A program made the translations under genes and the position numbers. The notes beneath the pieces are model-generated. The model was not told the origin of the DNA. It saw only the letters and a program-made list of their open reading frames with translations, and searched no databases. Below, piece after piece: positions 1 to 12,720 of a stretch of 64,000 nucleotides of DNA. Position 1 is the stretch's first letter; each line of letters starts with the position of its first letter. Source of the stretch: Calcarisporiella thermophila CBS 279.70 (lineage: Eukaryota; Fungi; Calcarisporiellomycota); assembly GCF_041956535.1 (NCBI RefSeq), contig NW_027192192.1:1149980-1213979 (forward strand). The letters run 5' to 3'.

Positions 1-1924
1 GCTACTCGCATTGGTGGCCACCAATTGTGGAACTCTTTTACCCATTGCTTCATGATAGTAGCTGGACATACAATAATTACGGGACCCTTCAGCAGTTTTG
101 AGTAAAAAAGTCCAGCCAGGAATGAGATGATCTGAACAGTCTTTCCGAGACCCTTTTGGAGTAAATTGGGTTGAGTTTCTTAATTTCTGCAATTTCATAA
201 AGGGGCATGTTGGTGTTACCATTTCATCTCCAATGATACCACCTGCTTTTTGGCGGTGTAATTCCCATAGCCATCGTACGCCTAGTGAAATAACAGTATA
301 GTTGAGTAGAGATTATTGAGATTCAGATATCACTACTTACAAGTCTTTTGGTAGTCAAATAGGTTCGAGTAAACATCTCCGGGTACGCGAAATCCATCAT
401 CGAAGATAGCATCATCTTCAGATGGGTGAGGTGCATGGAATTCAGTTTCAGGATCGAAATCTTCGCCCAAACCGGCCTCCTCAATTTCTTCATCGTTGAG
501 TTCATATGTGGCTAGCTTGTCAAGCTAACAGAGCAAAATCAAGTCGGTTATCAAGAACTTTAAATATATATCATAAATGGGAATATTTACATGATTTAAA
601 CGCCAACGAAGTAGCTTTCTTTTCCGTGCCCAGGATTCTATCCTTGATAGATAAATAGTTTCGTCGCCATCATCCTGATATTCAGGCTGGTATTTTTGTC
701 TTATTGACGATCCTACATTCGCCGTACTAAAATCGCTCAATTCGTCATCCGGCAGGTCTCCCTCCGTTTTCGGTTCATAATCCTCTTCCGAAAGCTCAGC
801 ATCTCTCAATTTTTTTCTCACTATTGAAGAGTCTGAAATGGACTCTTCCTCTATATGACTTTCTGAGAGGTTAACACCGTCGATCTCTCTTATGTCATTA
901 GAGGTGTCAAAATCATCTAAGCTGTCCGTATTGGTATCGACAGAAGAGTCTGCATGATTGGGCTTTGACCTTTGTATAATGCGACGTCGGCTCGAAGGAC
1001 GCTGTTCGGAAATGCTAAAATCTAGGGTTGGCCGCTTGAGATTTCGGTGAGAAGTCGGTTGTGAAATAAAGAGATTCGGTGTGGCAGCGGAACCCTCTAT
1101 ATCATCCATGCGATCAAATGGAGTAATTTTCCCAGTTCTAATCAGGTAATCGCGGACAGATTCATTAGGAGCACGAAGGTTATTTTGAATCGCTATGGAA
1201 GAGAACGTCGTTGTTACATATCGCTAACATGAATAGATAAGAAGCGACAATTTCTACCATTCGGATCAGAGTTTTGGAGATTCTTTTGTCGTTCCGAGAT
1301 GCGTTTCTTTATGTCTTGCTCATCTTGCTTAAGATCATTCAAGTCTTTTGCCTGCATTCATATAAGTGAGATGTGCAACAAAAATATAGCGAAATCGCTG
1401 TGTTTCTTACTAGAGAAACAATTCGCTCTCGTATTTGATCTTTAGCTGTGGATTTGGTTTGAGGACTGCTCAGCTGAGTCCTCAGTTGTGAAAGCTGATG
1501 CAGAATTTTGCTGTAATGAAATAGAGTCCATAAATTAATCCATTCTCGAAAATTTTCTCTTGATCATATAGATGATAAAAACCTCGATTGCGTTTGTGTT
1601 TTCTTCAATCTCTTTCTCTCAATTTCATCTTCGCGTTCATTGATCTCACGATCAGCCTTTTCGACAAATTTGTAAGAAATCAATTAGTAAATCCAGGTAA
1701 TGCCACAATGAAAAGGCGGGCATAAAAATATTCAGGAGCAGGAGAGATACCTTTGACATAAGATCTCTCTCAAGTACATCCTGATCAACGATCCCTAAAC
1801 TGAATTTAGATAAGCTGCTTTCGGCAGCCAGCGTCGTATTAGAGGAGGGGTGCTCGGGTACATTTTGGGAATCAATGGAAACTTGTCCATTTGAATTGAC
1901 AGATGCATCAGCTTCCATGTTCAT
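1..1924 (-). CDS. RAD26: Rad26/CSB (ERCC6)-family SNF2 helicase, N-terminal part; multi-exon, runs off the window
   Basis: Spliced translation gives [34 protein letters not shown] and [29 protein letters not shown]. The N-terminal DQDVLERD and [13 protein letters not shown] motifs are typical of Rad26/Rhp26. Confidence 0.9.
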
Positions 1925-2187
1925 CTATCGAATGCAATGGAAAGAAAACTAAAGTTCCTTAAATCCTTAATATCACTTAATGTATGACACCAAGTGACGC
2001 GGTTGTGACTGTATTTGTGACTGCTTAGTTTAAGAAGTTATTAGACTGTCTTTGGCGTAATTTGTTCAACGAGACATCCACGTCCATAAAAGGCGACCCT
2101 CTCTCCACTTATTTCCCCACGCTATCGTCTTTTTCACTCGCTACTCTTCATTCGATTCCACTCGGAAAGAACCTCGACTGATTAACC

Positions 2188-2548
2188 ATGGACAAGAACA
2201 AGCAAGGTATAATGTGGAAATCCCTTTTCCTGTCGCCTAAACTGATGGCACTTATGTATGTAATTATAGAAGAATTTCGTCGTTTTAGCGACGAAGTATC
2301 TAATACGATGCAACCTGTAACTACGGAAGAGCCTGTAAGGACTTCAATATTTTGTCTTCTCTCGACTCTACCTTTCTTACCACATATTCTTCTTAACCTT
2401 CTAGCAATCTATGCCTCTATCGGAGAGCCAAAATACGGGTCTACAAAACAATGACGATTCTGGGGAGCGTGATAAAAACATCGCGCGACGTCTAAGTGAT
2501 CACATCCGTGAAAATGTTGAATTTGCTGAAGATGGGTTACTTCTTTAG
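2188..2548 (+). CDS. Small (~76 aa) three-exon hypothetical protein
   Basis: ATG at 2188; GT-AG introns at ~2207-2268 and ~2335-2404 keep the frame open to TAG 2546-2548. Divergent from RAD26. Confidence 0.5.
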
Positions 2549-3401
2549 CTACCAAATCGAGAACTCTGTATGAATAATGACACAGTATAGTATAGCTTTC
2601 ACGATTCTACCCATTCGTAGTATAAGTACATAAATGTATATAAGTTTTTATTTCTATTGTTTAAAATGACTATTGTGCTCAAATCTACCATAATAAATAT
2701 TTTACTTACTCAACTCAACATTTTCAAACACAACTTGAAAAATTCAGGCATGTGCAAGTACACTCGGATATCTTGTTGAATATTTATCGTATCTCGATAA
2801 CTGTTGTGCATTAGTATGGGTGCTATATAAAGAGAATGCTATTGTGTCCTCTATTATTCACCATCCCCACGGCGCTTACCGCTAATTCAATAGAAAGCAT
2901 ACACTCTCCTTAATTGGGATCCTATTAAAATGGGGTTTATTTCGTTTATACTTTGTCTATATTTAATACCATTTGATGCTCAACACATTTTGCTCTAACG
3001 TCCTCTCTATCCCCTGTATAAGTATTGAACCTTGACTATTCAAAAAACTTTGCCTAAGTTTGACGTTAACAATTTCTAAACAGCCCAATCAACTCGAAAT
3101 ACAATGTGATGGCACATAGTTGATTATACAGTCACAAATCTACAGTTATCATTGGAACCTGATATTAAAATTGTGTAGCTCAAGTTACATTAGAGCATAG
3201 CGGCAAAAACCATGATAGCTTTGGAGATCAAGTTCACTCATTTTATGTTCTCAACTTCTACCAAGCCAACTCGGTAGAACTAGAAATTATCAAAACCATT
3301 GCTTGATTGAAATTAACAATGCGGTGTATGTCTCTAAAGAATTAACATTTTACATTCGTTTCGATTGCAATAACCATTGAAATGTCTATTAATATTGACC
3401 T

Positions 3402-4951
3402 TTGCAATTAGTTAAATTCCCTCATTCAAATCAAGAAAGAAAGAAAGTGCCTACAGCAGTCCCACAACCTATTCAGTCTAATAGTTCCTATCGGGAAAAC
3501 ACCACAGGTTCTTTGCGACACTTATCAATAATGATATCCAACAAGTTCAATTCTACGCTGAATCTGCCAAATTTCACGAGAGGTCAAGATAACCACCTTG
3601 CCCAGACCAATCCTCGAAAGTTGCGTGTCTCGTTAATGCCGTGGAAATCTAGAGTTGAAGAAAGACCCCAAAATGACGAATATATTATGTTAATTGACAG
3701 AGGAAATAGAGCTCATGTAGAGACATGTAATATTCTCACGGAGAACAAGCTAGTGTGGAAATCTGATGCATTAAGGCAAAAGAATGGAGATGGGAACAAA
3801 AATGGCCGGCTGCATTCGGGTAAGTGGGATGAATTAGCGTCGCAGGAAGCCAAACAAGATAAGGTTGATTAGAGCTCAGCAATTTGAAATTCTTGAGATC
3901 CTTGGTGTTTAATATAGGATTGATTGTTTTAAAGCAGATTGAACTTTCGCAGACATTGAGAGGGTATGGATGGAAAATATTAGTCGGTGTAGATAGTTAT
4001 TATCAAGCAGGATTATATGAGGTGAGGATTGTTGCAGTGTATTTTGATAGAGCTATTGGAGATGAACGCATTGCATTTGCAATTAGGAATTATTAGTCCA
4101 AGAACGTACCAAGCTAGATATTCAGATTATAAATGATCTAAATGTTTGGTTTCGGGGTGAAGAGCAAGAACTGAAAGGGATTAAATTCGAACGCCTTGCA
4201 GATGTTCTTATCGCCTATTCTCACTATAGTTCCGACTTTGTTTGTAGCCGTGATATTGTAATTCTCCTTGCTCTTATGTTGCAGTATTTACCAGCTGAGG
4301 TATGTATACAGTTTCTTCGGAGCAATTCAATTTTTCTAACTTGTGGATAATTAGGATACCTTTTGGTTATTTGTTGCAACTGTCGAAAATTATCTACAAG
4401 ATCTCTACTCCCATAACTCCCGTCGGCTCCAAACCGAGGCAAACCTCTTCGGTAATCATTTACGAGTACGCTCTCCTAACCTAGCCAACCATCTTATACA
4501 CAACAACATTGAACCGGCCAACTTTGCAACCCATTGGTTTGCCTCTGGCTTTGGCGAAGTATTCTCTAGTGAAAATGCTGCTCGAATATGGGATGTTTTC
4601 TTTTTGGAGGGCATAGAGGTGTGGTTTCGGGTGGGGATGGAGATTTTGCAGGAACTTGAGCCGTTACTTTTCCAACTGAATAGCCAGGATTCTATAGTGA
4701 GCACTCTATTGCATCCTCCGTTAGAACCTGAGCAGATTGAAACAATTATTGAAACCATACAGCCTGGAAGAGTTGGGTTTAAGACGCTTGACAAGCTAGC
4801 ACAGAAATACACGAGAGCAAAACCACAAGACTTAGCTTTCAAAGAGGAAGCTACGAGGAATGAAACCATCGCTTCACAAACTTCGAATTGGCTTCATTTG
4901 GGTATGTGGGGCGCGGTGGACAAGATGTTACAATCGCGATTGGGAAACTAA
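3402..4951 (+). CDS. TBC/Rab-GAP domain protein; start uncertain, introns present
   Basis: LRGYGWKILVG and the exon reading NFATHWFASGFGEVFSSENAARIWDVFFLEGIEVWFRVGMEIL, the TBC C-terminal RIWDxF signature. Confidence 0.7.
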
Positions 4952-5160
4952 TTCACCTTGTACCGATATCTTAAGAGATAACAGATATATGTATATTTTC
5001 TCACAAACTTGATTTGTTCTTATCAAAAAAAAAAAGCAAAACGAGAGTGAATAGAAATTAGAAAAAAAAAACAATCGAACGAGGAAATAGATACTATATT
5101 ACACACGATTGTATAGGAATTCTCTATATACAAGTATAAAGAATAAAGTGTAAAATGAAA

Positions 5161-6513
5161 TCACTCTTCATCCATTGCCAATTCATCTTCTTCTTCTTCA
5201 TCCTCATCGACTTCGCTTTCACCTCCACCCTCACCTTCTACAACCCCTCCAAGCGTCTCTCCAATCTCCCCTCCAGCCTCCGATTCTTTTTCATCCTCCT
5301 CTCCGCTATCGCCATTGGATTTTCGATCTTCATTCTCGCTCTCCACATCAGAATCATATTCCTCGGGAATATCTTCATCTTCCTCGTCCGGGACAAAATC
5401 TTCGTCATTCACATCGTCATCGTCGTCCTCCATGGAATAGCTATGTACAGACTGCATGCCTGCCATTTCATCTTGATTTTCAGCGCGTCCCTTTCCTTTC
5501 CCGGTAGCCACTGCCTTCCCCTTCCCTTTATTCATGTCTCTTACGTCCACCTGTCTAAGCTTCTCAGAGAGCGACGCATCTTCATGCTTTGTTAGGTATC
5601 TATCCACATTCTCAAACTCTGCTTGTTCAATCATTTCAAACTCTAGCTGAATATCGGACCCAGTAGGGGAACCTAGGGCGCGTCTATCCTCATGTAGTTG
5701 GATAGTGAGATTGAATGTGCGTGCGGTGACACCGTGATATGATTTAGATGCAATGTCTTCTGGACGGATAAGAAGAACAGGTTTGCGGAAACCAAAAAAT
5801 AGGCCTTGAGGAAGAAAAAAGAGATAGCCATCGCGTGCACGGAAATAGGTTTGAACGTACGAAGCGGGGGTGCCGTCGCGCAATCGTTTTTGAGCCGAGA
5901 AGACGGATGGATCCGGTAGGCCAATGCTCAGATTTGCGAAATGCTGTACCGCTCTGCATACATGCTCCATCGGAGAGGTCTCGCCGATTTGATTAAAAAG
6001 CGGATCACTGCAGGAGATCTTTACATTATTGCCGAAACCAAACACCAGGCTATCGTCCCCCGCTCTATTAAATAAACACATTGTCCAGTGCGCTGCCTGC
6101 TTGTCAGGGGTTGGAACGCAAATTCCCTGTTCAAGTGCAGCCTTATCCATCCGCCACTCGATCTTCTCCCCACTAGATACTTGCACTTCTATTCGTGTTG
6201 ATGTTATGACTATGTTTGCTTTTTTCCGAAAGGGGCTTTGGACACTCATGTCTTGCAGCGTGCACAACGCTTGTTCTGATAAAATAGTATCTCCACCGTT
6301 TTTACCTTCATCCTGATTTTCAAGTTTTCGTTTTTTGCTAAGTGCAATACCATTCACTTCGGTGCGTGATTGAAAGTATGCGATGACACGTTCAAATAAG
6401 GGAAGGGCATCGGCTCTTTGTGTGATGAAATTCTTAACATCATCACGCAGCACCTCATCGTAAATGGCATTTAAAAAGGAAGGGACATTCAGTTGGGTGG
6501 TGTCGTCTGTCAT
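5161..6513 (-). CDS. RTT106: Histone chaperone Rtt106-like (double PH domain, acidic tail)
   Basis: 450-aa ORF with ARDGYLFFLPQGLFFGFRKPV, TARTFNL, EFEMIEQAEF and a D/E-rich C-terminus. Confidence 0.9.
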   Translation of the reverse strand: MTDDTTQLNVPSFLNAIYDEVLRDDVKNFITQRADALPLFERVIAYFQSRTEVNGIALSKKRKLENQDEGKNGGDTILSEQALCTLQDMSVQSPFRKKANIVITSTRIEVQVSSGEKIEWRMDKAALEQGICVPTPDKQAAHWTMCLFNRAGDDSLVFGFGNNVKISCSDPLFNQIGETSPMEHVCRAVQHFANLSIGLPDPSVFSAQKRLRDGTPASYVQTYFRARDGYLFFLPQGLFFGFRKPVLLIRPEDIASKSYHGVTARTFNLTIQLHEDRRALGSPTGSDIQLEFEMIEQAEFENVDRYLTKHEDASLSEKLRQVDVRDMNKGKGKAVATGKGKGRAENQDEMAGMQSVHSYSMEDDDDDVNDEDFVPDEEDEDIPEEYDSDVESENEDRKSNGDSGEEDEKESEAGGEIGETLGGVVEGEGGGESEVDEDEEEEDELAMDEE

Positions 6514-6809
6514 TTGAAAAATCTCGCGTTTTTAGATTAAATTACGACGATCAAAAAATAAAGTGATATTCAAAAGTAAAATTTACAAAGTGGCGATTGA
6601 AACTCTGTGCGTCGTCACCAGAAGACGTCAGCAAAATTAATAAAGGGGGGTTTCAGAAAATGAATTTTCATCGGTGCAAATTCGCCACTCTTGCGCGCCT
6701 CGAGTATTCTGTGAACTTAAGTTTCTTTTTGACAACCCAGCCCACCGGAGAACATTAAAAATAGGCGGGTCGTTTTAATGTTGTATTAATGCATTAAATT
6801 CTCTTTAGA

Positions 6810-7654
6810 ATGTCTACAAAAGGGGCCAGTGTTTCTCCATTACCGTCAAATCAGAAAGATAATCCGAATTCAACTCCTCTCGGATTACTTGCTAATGCTG
6901 CCTCTATTGCTGCCGTTGCCACTGCTTCAAATCATTCTTGCACTGTGTCAACTGCCTCTTCCTCAACTTACACTCCCATTCACTCTCGCAGTCTATCGTC
7001 ATCCCTAGTTATAGTCCCACCCACAGTCAACCGGCCACGCCAGGACCATGTCTCTTCCACACCCTTGACCATTTCAACTTCCATGAGAAATGGACTTTTC
7101 ACAACGCTACGGTTAAATACGCCCGCCCATGTGAAAAAGAATGCGAGCGATAAGCAGTGGATATGCGAGCGTTGCGACCTCACTTTTGCTAGACAGCATA
7201 ACCTTAAATCCCATTATCTCACGCATTCAGATGAGCGACCTTTCAAGGTACCGAGCAATATATTCTAATTTACTTCTCTTTAGCTTTAAACTAACATTTG
7301 GGTGATGTGTAGTGTCAGCAATGCAAACAAAATTTTCGGAGACAACATGATCTCAAACGGCATCAAAAACTCCATACTGGTGAGCGGCCATTTAAATGTC
7401 CAGTGTGCGAGCGCTCCTTCGCGAGACTCGATGCGCTAAATCGACACTTAAGGACGGAAGGGAGAAATGCCTGTGTACATCGAGGGCCGAGAAGGGAAGG
7501 GAAAAAAAACACGTTAGACAATGTAGCAAAATTGTTGCCTAGACAAAGGACCACTCCTGCACAGACAGTCTCGATAAAATCCAATGTTACAGATATTGAA
7601 TTTTCCTCTGTGAATAGTGGCAATCCTATGCATGTATCTTCACTGTTAATATGA
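6810..7654 (+). CDS. C2H2 zinc-finger transcription factor (3 fingers; intron 7248-7312)
   Basis: CERC..FARQHNLKSHYLTH-SDERPFK-CQQC..FRRQHDLKRHQKLH-TGERPFK-CPVCERSFARLDALNRH. Confidence 0.9.
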
Positions 7655-7869
7655 TATTGGCAAATATATAAGTGTGTGTTTGGGTAGCAGTTGAAGTGAC
7701 TGTAATAACTTGTCATATTTTCATGGAGGTAGTCAAGCTCTGGTTGGAAGATGCGATAGTAAAAGGAATTACATTTAAACATGGTAGCCATAATAGTAAA
7801 AACAAAAAGAGTATAAGTACAAGCTTACAAAAAATCTTCTTGAAAAAAATACTGAAGTATGCTCGACAA

Positions 7870-9438
7870 CTAAAAGGAAGTAGAAAGCGCCTCTGAACTT
7901 AAAAACTCTATAGATGAGTCCATATCCTCCTGTTTTTCCATCACGAACTCGGGGAAATAATCAGAACTCCAAGCGAGCTGCGGATCTAACGACAGGGGCG
8001 ATGTCGAAGTGGTAGCCGGCGACGCATGGGTTGCAGTTGGAGTGGAGGCAGAGGTAATAAGCCCAAGCCCAATTTCCTCTTGACCCCAGTGATCCAACTT
8101 GGAAGGAACCCCGCAGCTAGTAGATAACAAAGGTGTGGCCGAAAGCGATGGAGAAATGGTGGAGAACGAAGAGACTAAAGGCGAGGACATGAGATCATTT
8201 GGAGATGTTGAGAGTAGAGCCATAGCGTTCGTATACTGGTCCAGCTCTCCAAGCACGATGCTAGCTGGAGTTCCATCGAAACTGGCGACCGATACAAGAT
8301 CGCTATGACTGCGGAGCCATTGCAAAATCTGTTGCTTAAGGTGCATCCCTACACCTCGCATAACATGTCGTAAGCATACTGTAGCCTGCTTTCCTTCTGT
8401 AAAATCACCACAGGCAACCCATTCGCTCTGTGTATTGCTACGCTTCTCCATCTCGAATACAGGGCCTTCTTTCAAATCGATCGCCACCTGGGCGAATGCA
8501 GGATCCAAGGATGTGTATTCAATATTGCGTACTGCAGAGTGGGGGAAGGTCATGCGAAATTGGTGTGCATTGTCTGCAATGCGCCAAGCACAGCCGGTAG
8601 CAGTGTGTTCGCAGACCAAGTCATTGGGTTGAATAAGCATGCGGCGCCAAGTTCCGATTGTGAGCGTGTCACAAGTAAAAGTGAACCGGTCGGGGTCCGC
8701 AGCCGCATCGTTGGGAGGATGGGCGTCAGTTGGAGTGATTAACGGCGAAGGATGGCCAAACATTGGGGATCCCTCCAAGGGAAGTGGGCTGACCGGAGCC
8801 CGCACTCTGTTAGGGATCAAGCATGGCCTCCCTTGCTGCAGCCCTCTGTCTCGAGCCAGCGGCATTCTTCCACCCGTATAGGGGAAATATCCTGGAGAAT
8901 TACCACCAGCACCTATTCCACTTCTACCGCTTCCCAGATGAGCTCCTCCACCGTTTGCCATTGCAGCCAGAAATTGCTGAGAGCGCAATGCTTCTTGCTC
9001 AGCAAGAAGGGCTCGCTTGTGCAGCAGTTTGTTTTTAGCGCGGCGATTTTGGAACCAGATTTGTACAGAACGCTCTGACATTCCAAGTCGCTCTGCAAGC
9101 ATCTCCCGGATTTTGGAGTTTGGTGAAGAGTTTGTGGCGAATACATCTTCAAGGACGGCCAGCTGTTCTGGAGAGGCGCGTGTACGTTTACGCTGAGGAG
9201 GAAGCTTAGGGGTAGAGTCTGTGTCCTCTTTATCACTGGAATAAGAGGGGGTGGGCGTGCCTCCATATGTCTTTAGGAATGGATACGGGAAAAGCCCAGA
9301 GCTACCCGAAGGCTGTTGGTGGTAGGGTGGAAAGGGTGTATTGGGCGTGGTGGGAGAATGAGTAGTATCAGAGGGCGACAGAGCTTGGTTATCTGTTGGA
9401 GAAGGGGATAGAGGAGCAACTGCTGAAGAAGATTCCAT
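7870..9438 (-). CDS. Homeodomain transcription factor (Phx1/Pah2-like)
   Basis: 522-aa ORF containing RKRTRASPEQL...LGMSERSVQIWFQNRRAK plus the fungal C-terminal LTIGTWRR...DFTEGKQA domain. Confidence 0.9.
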   Translation of the reverse strand: MESSSAVAPLSPSPTDNQALSPSDTTHSPTTPNTPFPPYHQQPSGSSGLFPYPFLKTYGGTPTPSYSSDKEDTDSTPKLPPQRKRTRASPEQLAVLEDVFATNSSPNSKIREMLAERLGMSERSVQIWFQNRRAKNKLLHKRALLAEQEALRSQQFLAAMANGGGAHLGSGRSGIGAGGNSPGYFPYTGGRMPLARDRGLQQGRPCLIPNRVRAPVSPLPLEGSPMFGHPSPLITPTDAHPPNDAAADPDRFTFTCDTLTIGTWRRMLIQPNDLVCEHTATGCAWRIADNAHQFRMTFPHSAVRNIEYTSLDPAFAQVAIDLKEGPVFEMEKRSNTQSEWVACGDFTEGKQATVCLRHVMRGVGMHLKQQILQWLRSHSDLVSVASFDGTPASIVLGELDQYTNAMALLSTSPNDLMSSPLVSSFSTISPSLSATPLLSTSCGVPSKLDHWGQEEIGLGLITSASTPTATHASPATTSTSPLSLDPQLAWSSDYFPEFVMEKQEDMDSSIEFLSSEALSTSF

Positions 9439-12059
9439 AGTTATAAATAATTGTGAATATATATAAAATGAAGTGATATTAGATTGACTAAGGTGTTATG
9501 TTCTTGGGGTAATGCGCATGTGGAATGATGAACGGGAAAAAAAATAAATGTAAGGAGAGAAAAGTAGGGAAGAAGGAGTGGTATTGATAGAGGGGGAGGG
9601 GGGAAAGGAGAGGAATAAAACTCTGGTTAAAATAAAAGATGAATGATGAGGTCAAGGAAGTAAATAAGGAGCCGAGAAACGGCCAGAAGGAGAGGGGAGA
9701 GATAAATACAAGTAGTTGGACAGAGCAGAGTTTCAGGGCGGAATCAAACATATTGGTTTTTATGTGTTCAGATCAGTGATCGAATGGGGGCGATTGGCCA
9801 GCCCTGTTCCTAGGCTTCTCAAATATTGAATTTTGACTGAGAATGTTTGAGAAAAGATGTAATAAGCAAAAAATAGAAAGCCAGCGAACTGAGGTGGCGG
9901 AGTCGGAAATGGGTGCCTGATTCGCGTGATCATCAGGGGCAGGCTCGTTGGGCAGAGATTGGGCACGCCCCGAACCGAAAGAGTTTCAGAATGAGAGGTG
10001 CTGAAGCCGTAAGCTAAAAGTGAGCGCAAACTGTCAGTTTTTCCGATTGTAACATCAGTCTCAAACGCTTTCGCTCTCAGCTCGATAGGGTCAATGGTCT
10101 TCAGCAGACTCGAAGCTGCGAGGAAACAGGCCTCTGCCCCACGAGCCGCCCTTAATAAGCAGAAATGGACTGGCCAAAATTATACAGATCTGAATTAGCG
10201 CAGCGGGAAGCATTCTTCTCTTTCTCTTTCTCTCTCTCAACTAACTTGCATATGAAGCCGAGCCGCATCCATATGGGCTGCTATCGGATTTGCCCTGAGT
10301 TCTTATAAAATGAGTCAAGTGCTGGGATACAAAGAACCAATTTCATAGTATCACGAGCAAAGCCCGAGGTGGCCACTCACTGAAGAAAGTATAGGGCCTT
10401 GGAAGCTCCCCTAAAGCTGCAGATTGTTTTGGGACCTGGAGTACCTGACCAAAATAAAATCATTTTTACCTCAACAAGCAATTGTCCGAGACGGGCCGAT
10501 TGCCTATAGGGCGAGGATATTTGCACAAATTACCTGGCCCGTAATTACCTGATCTATCGCCGAACGGATCTGGCTTCTCAATGCCCATTGATCGAATCAA
10601 TACTCCAAATCAAGAAAGAGACGTCCGGGATAGAGCACAGGTCATAGGAGAATGCTAGGTTTGGAAGGCGGCGGCTAAGATCGGGAATAGTTACAGGTTA
10701 ATCCGCCCTGAAAATTGTGCCATCTGCAAACTTCTAGAAGAAAAAATTTTCAGAACCGCCTGAAAAAGTCTTCTTTTTAAGTATATTTTTTTATATCTAC
10801 TCTCCCTCTAGTAGTTGGTATTCGAGATTTCATCTCAGTCTTACCACATAAAAATTGTTCAGGGTCTCTACAGCTCATTTAGAGCTAACGTAAATTTAGA
10901 ATGAAATTTCTATTTGAAGGCACCATGGTAACATCGATAAGAATAAAAGAGAGTTAACTATCCGTGGACGACTCGAAATGAAACTTCTCGAATATCGTGA
11001 TGAGCGAACCAACAAACAATACAACCATACGATACCTCTAAAACACTTTATTCCTAATGTACGCACGTGAAACACGATGATGCTATATACTGCAATATTT
11101 TAGAAATCGAGCACTGGGATTCCTCACACTCGGTCACTCAAGATTATCACAGTTTTTTGCTATTCATTACCTAGTAACGTACTTGGCTTGATCCCGCTTA
11201 AATATTTTTGGTTTTCGCAAATAAGAGTTTCCATTGGAACTTACCCTTAGGCAGGTTAAACTATTATGCTGAAGTCATTATGGTAACATCTCTGGCCTAC
11301 TATATATTACAAATGAGATACAATTGAAGAGCATTGACATAGAAACTCATAAAGGTGTCATGACTAGAGTAGAATAGAAAGGTTAGGATAGCTGCGTATG
11401 GTAGACGTAGTTGCCAGATAAGTGACTAGAATATATACCAGTATATAAGAGAAAAACAAATGTAGACCTGTACTGTATAATAAATTAAAGAAAATTTTCC
11501 TAATTTTTGGACTTTCCCATCGAGAATTATTTGGCCACAGGATTGGGCATATACGTTTTGTTGTAGCCTTCTCTGTCAAAGACTCTTGGACACTATCCCT
11601 ATAGCATATCAAACAGAACACTCTAGTCATAAGGAAAACGTAAGGAAAACACAAGGAGGCATGTAGAAATGATGGAGGGTGTCCATGATTCCCTATTTTT
11701 TTTTTCATGATTGTTCTATAGTGATAGATGTTTAGAAAATATAGAAAAAAATATAGAGAAACTAAGATTTTTTTTTCTCGATCTTAAACAAAGTCTAACA
11801 ATCACTTTAAAATTTATTACTATAATTTCGTGATCCCTTCGACATCCACACTGAAGGGGGTGCTAGAATTGATTTATCCCTCCAGAGCTCAGCATTGATT
11901 GGATTTTGCTAAGGATTTTCACTATCAATTTAAGTAAGAGCTTAATATTACTTGTTATTTTGCCATAATATTGCTAAACTTGATCTGAATTGAATCGACC
12001 CCCATTTATTAAAAATGGGGGGATGAAGGATTACTTTAAGAAAAAATATCCATTAATTA

Positions 12060-12141
12060 TGACGAGAGTGGGGTTCGAACCCACGCCTCCGAAGAGATCA
12101 CGGCCTAAACGTGACGCCTTAGACCACTCGGCCATCTCGCC
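12060..12141 (-). tRNA. tRNA-Leu(TAG)
   Basis: GGCGAGATGGCCGAGTGGTCTAAGGCG-TCACG-TTTAGGC-CGTGA, long variable arm, then GTGGGTTCGAACCCCAC-TCTCGTCA; complete cloverleaf. Confidence 0.97.
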
Positions 12142-12226
12142 TTAACAAGATACCGTGAGCAAAGAGACGTGTATTTTTTTTCTCTCTTGGGATGTTTTTT
12201 TTTATTTTTTTTTTTTACAGACATCC

Positions 12227-12706
12227 ATCGCCTTTCATTTCGAAAGCACCCGAGCCTCACCCGAAATAATCATCAGCCGGGCCAAACTAGATATTGAGGA
12301 AGTGATAGGAGCCGAACTAATCCGAGCACGAAAAAACCGGCAAATCGAACAGTTTCGAAGAAGGTGGTGCAAGCTGGGTGCGGTTAGAGAAGGAGCGATC
12401 GGAGCGGCACTGATACTGGGATAACGCAGTAATCCCTACCTTATCCCCTTCCTATCCTCTATTTCCATTTGTTTACTCCCCACCCCACCTCTCATGTTAT
12501 CCTTTGATATCCACGGTTAGTTGAGTTTCACCATTCCCTTACCTATTCGAGCTGAAAGTCGATATGACCAACATATCATTTCGATCTACGATATCACACA
12601 AAGCTTTAACTTTGGCTTCCCTTTCACTTTACTGCTTATAATAATGTAACAATTGTATTTTAGAGTCTTCCTATACAATAAAGACTCGGCATTGATCAAA
12701 AAAAAA
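12227..12706 (+). mobile_element. 5'-truncated L1/Tx1-like non-LTR retrotransposon (copy 1, 480 bp)
   Basis: Homologous to the 3' end of the adjacent long copy (IAFHFESTRASPE...ALILG*); ends TTGATC(A)9. A 20-bp TSD T10ACAGACATCC lies at 12207-12226 and 12707-12726. Confidence 0.93.
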
Positions 12707-12720
12707 TTTTTTTTTTACAG

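Noticed and set aside
12207-12226. Repeated T-rich ACAG before each mobile unit read as a splice acceptor or trans-spliced leader
   Set aside because: It directly follows each poly(A) tail and flanks both sides of each element, so it is better explained as a target-site duplication.
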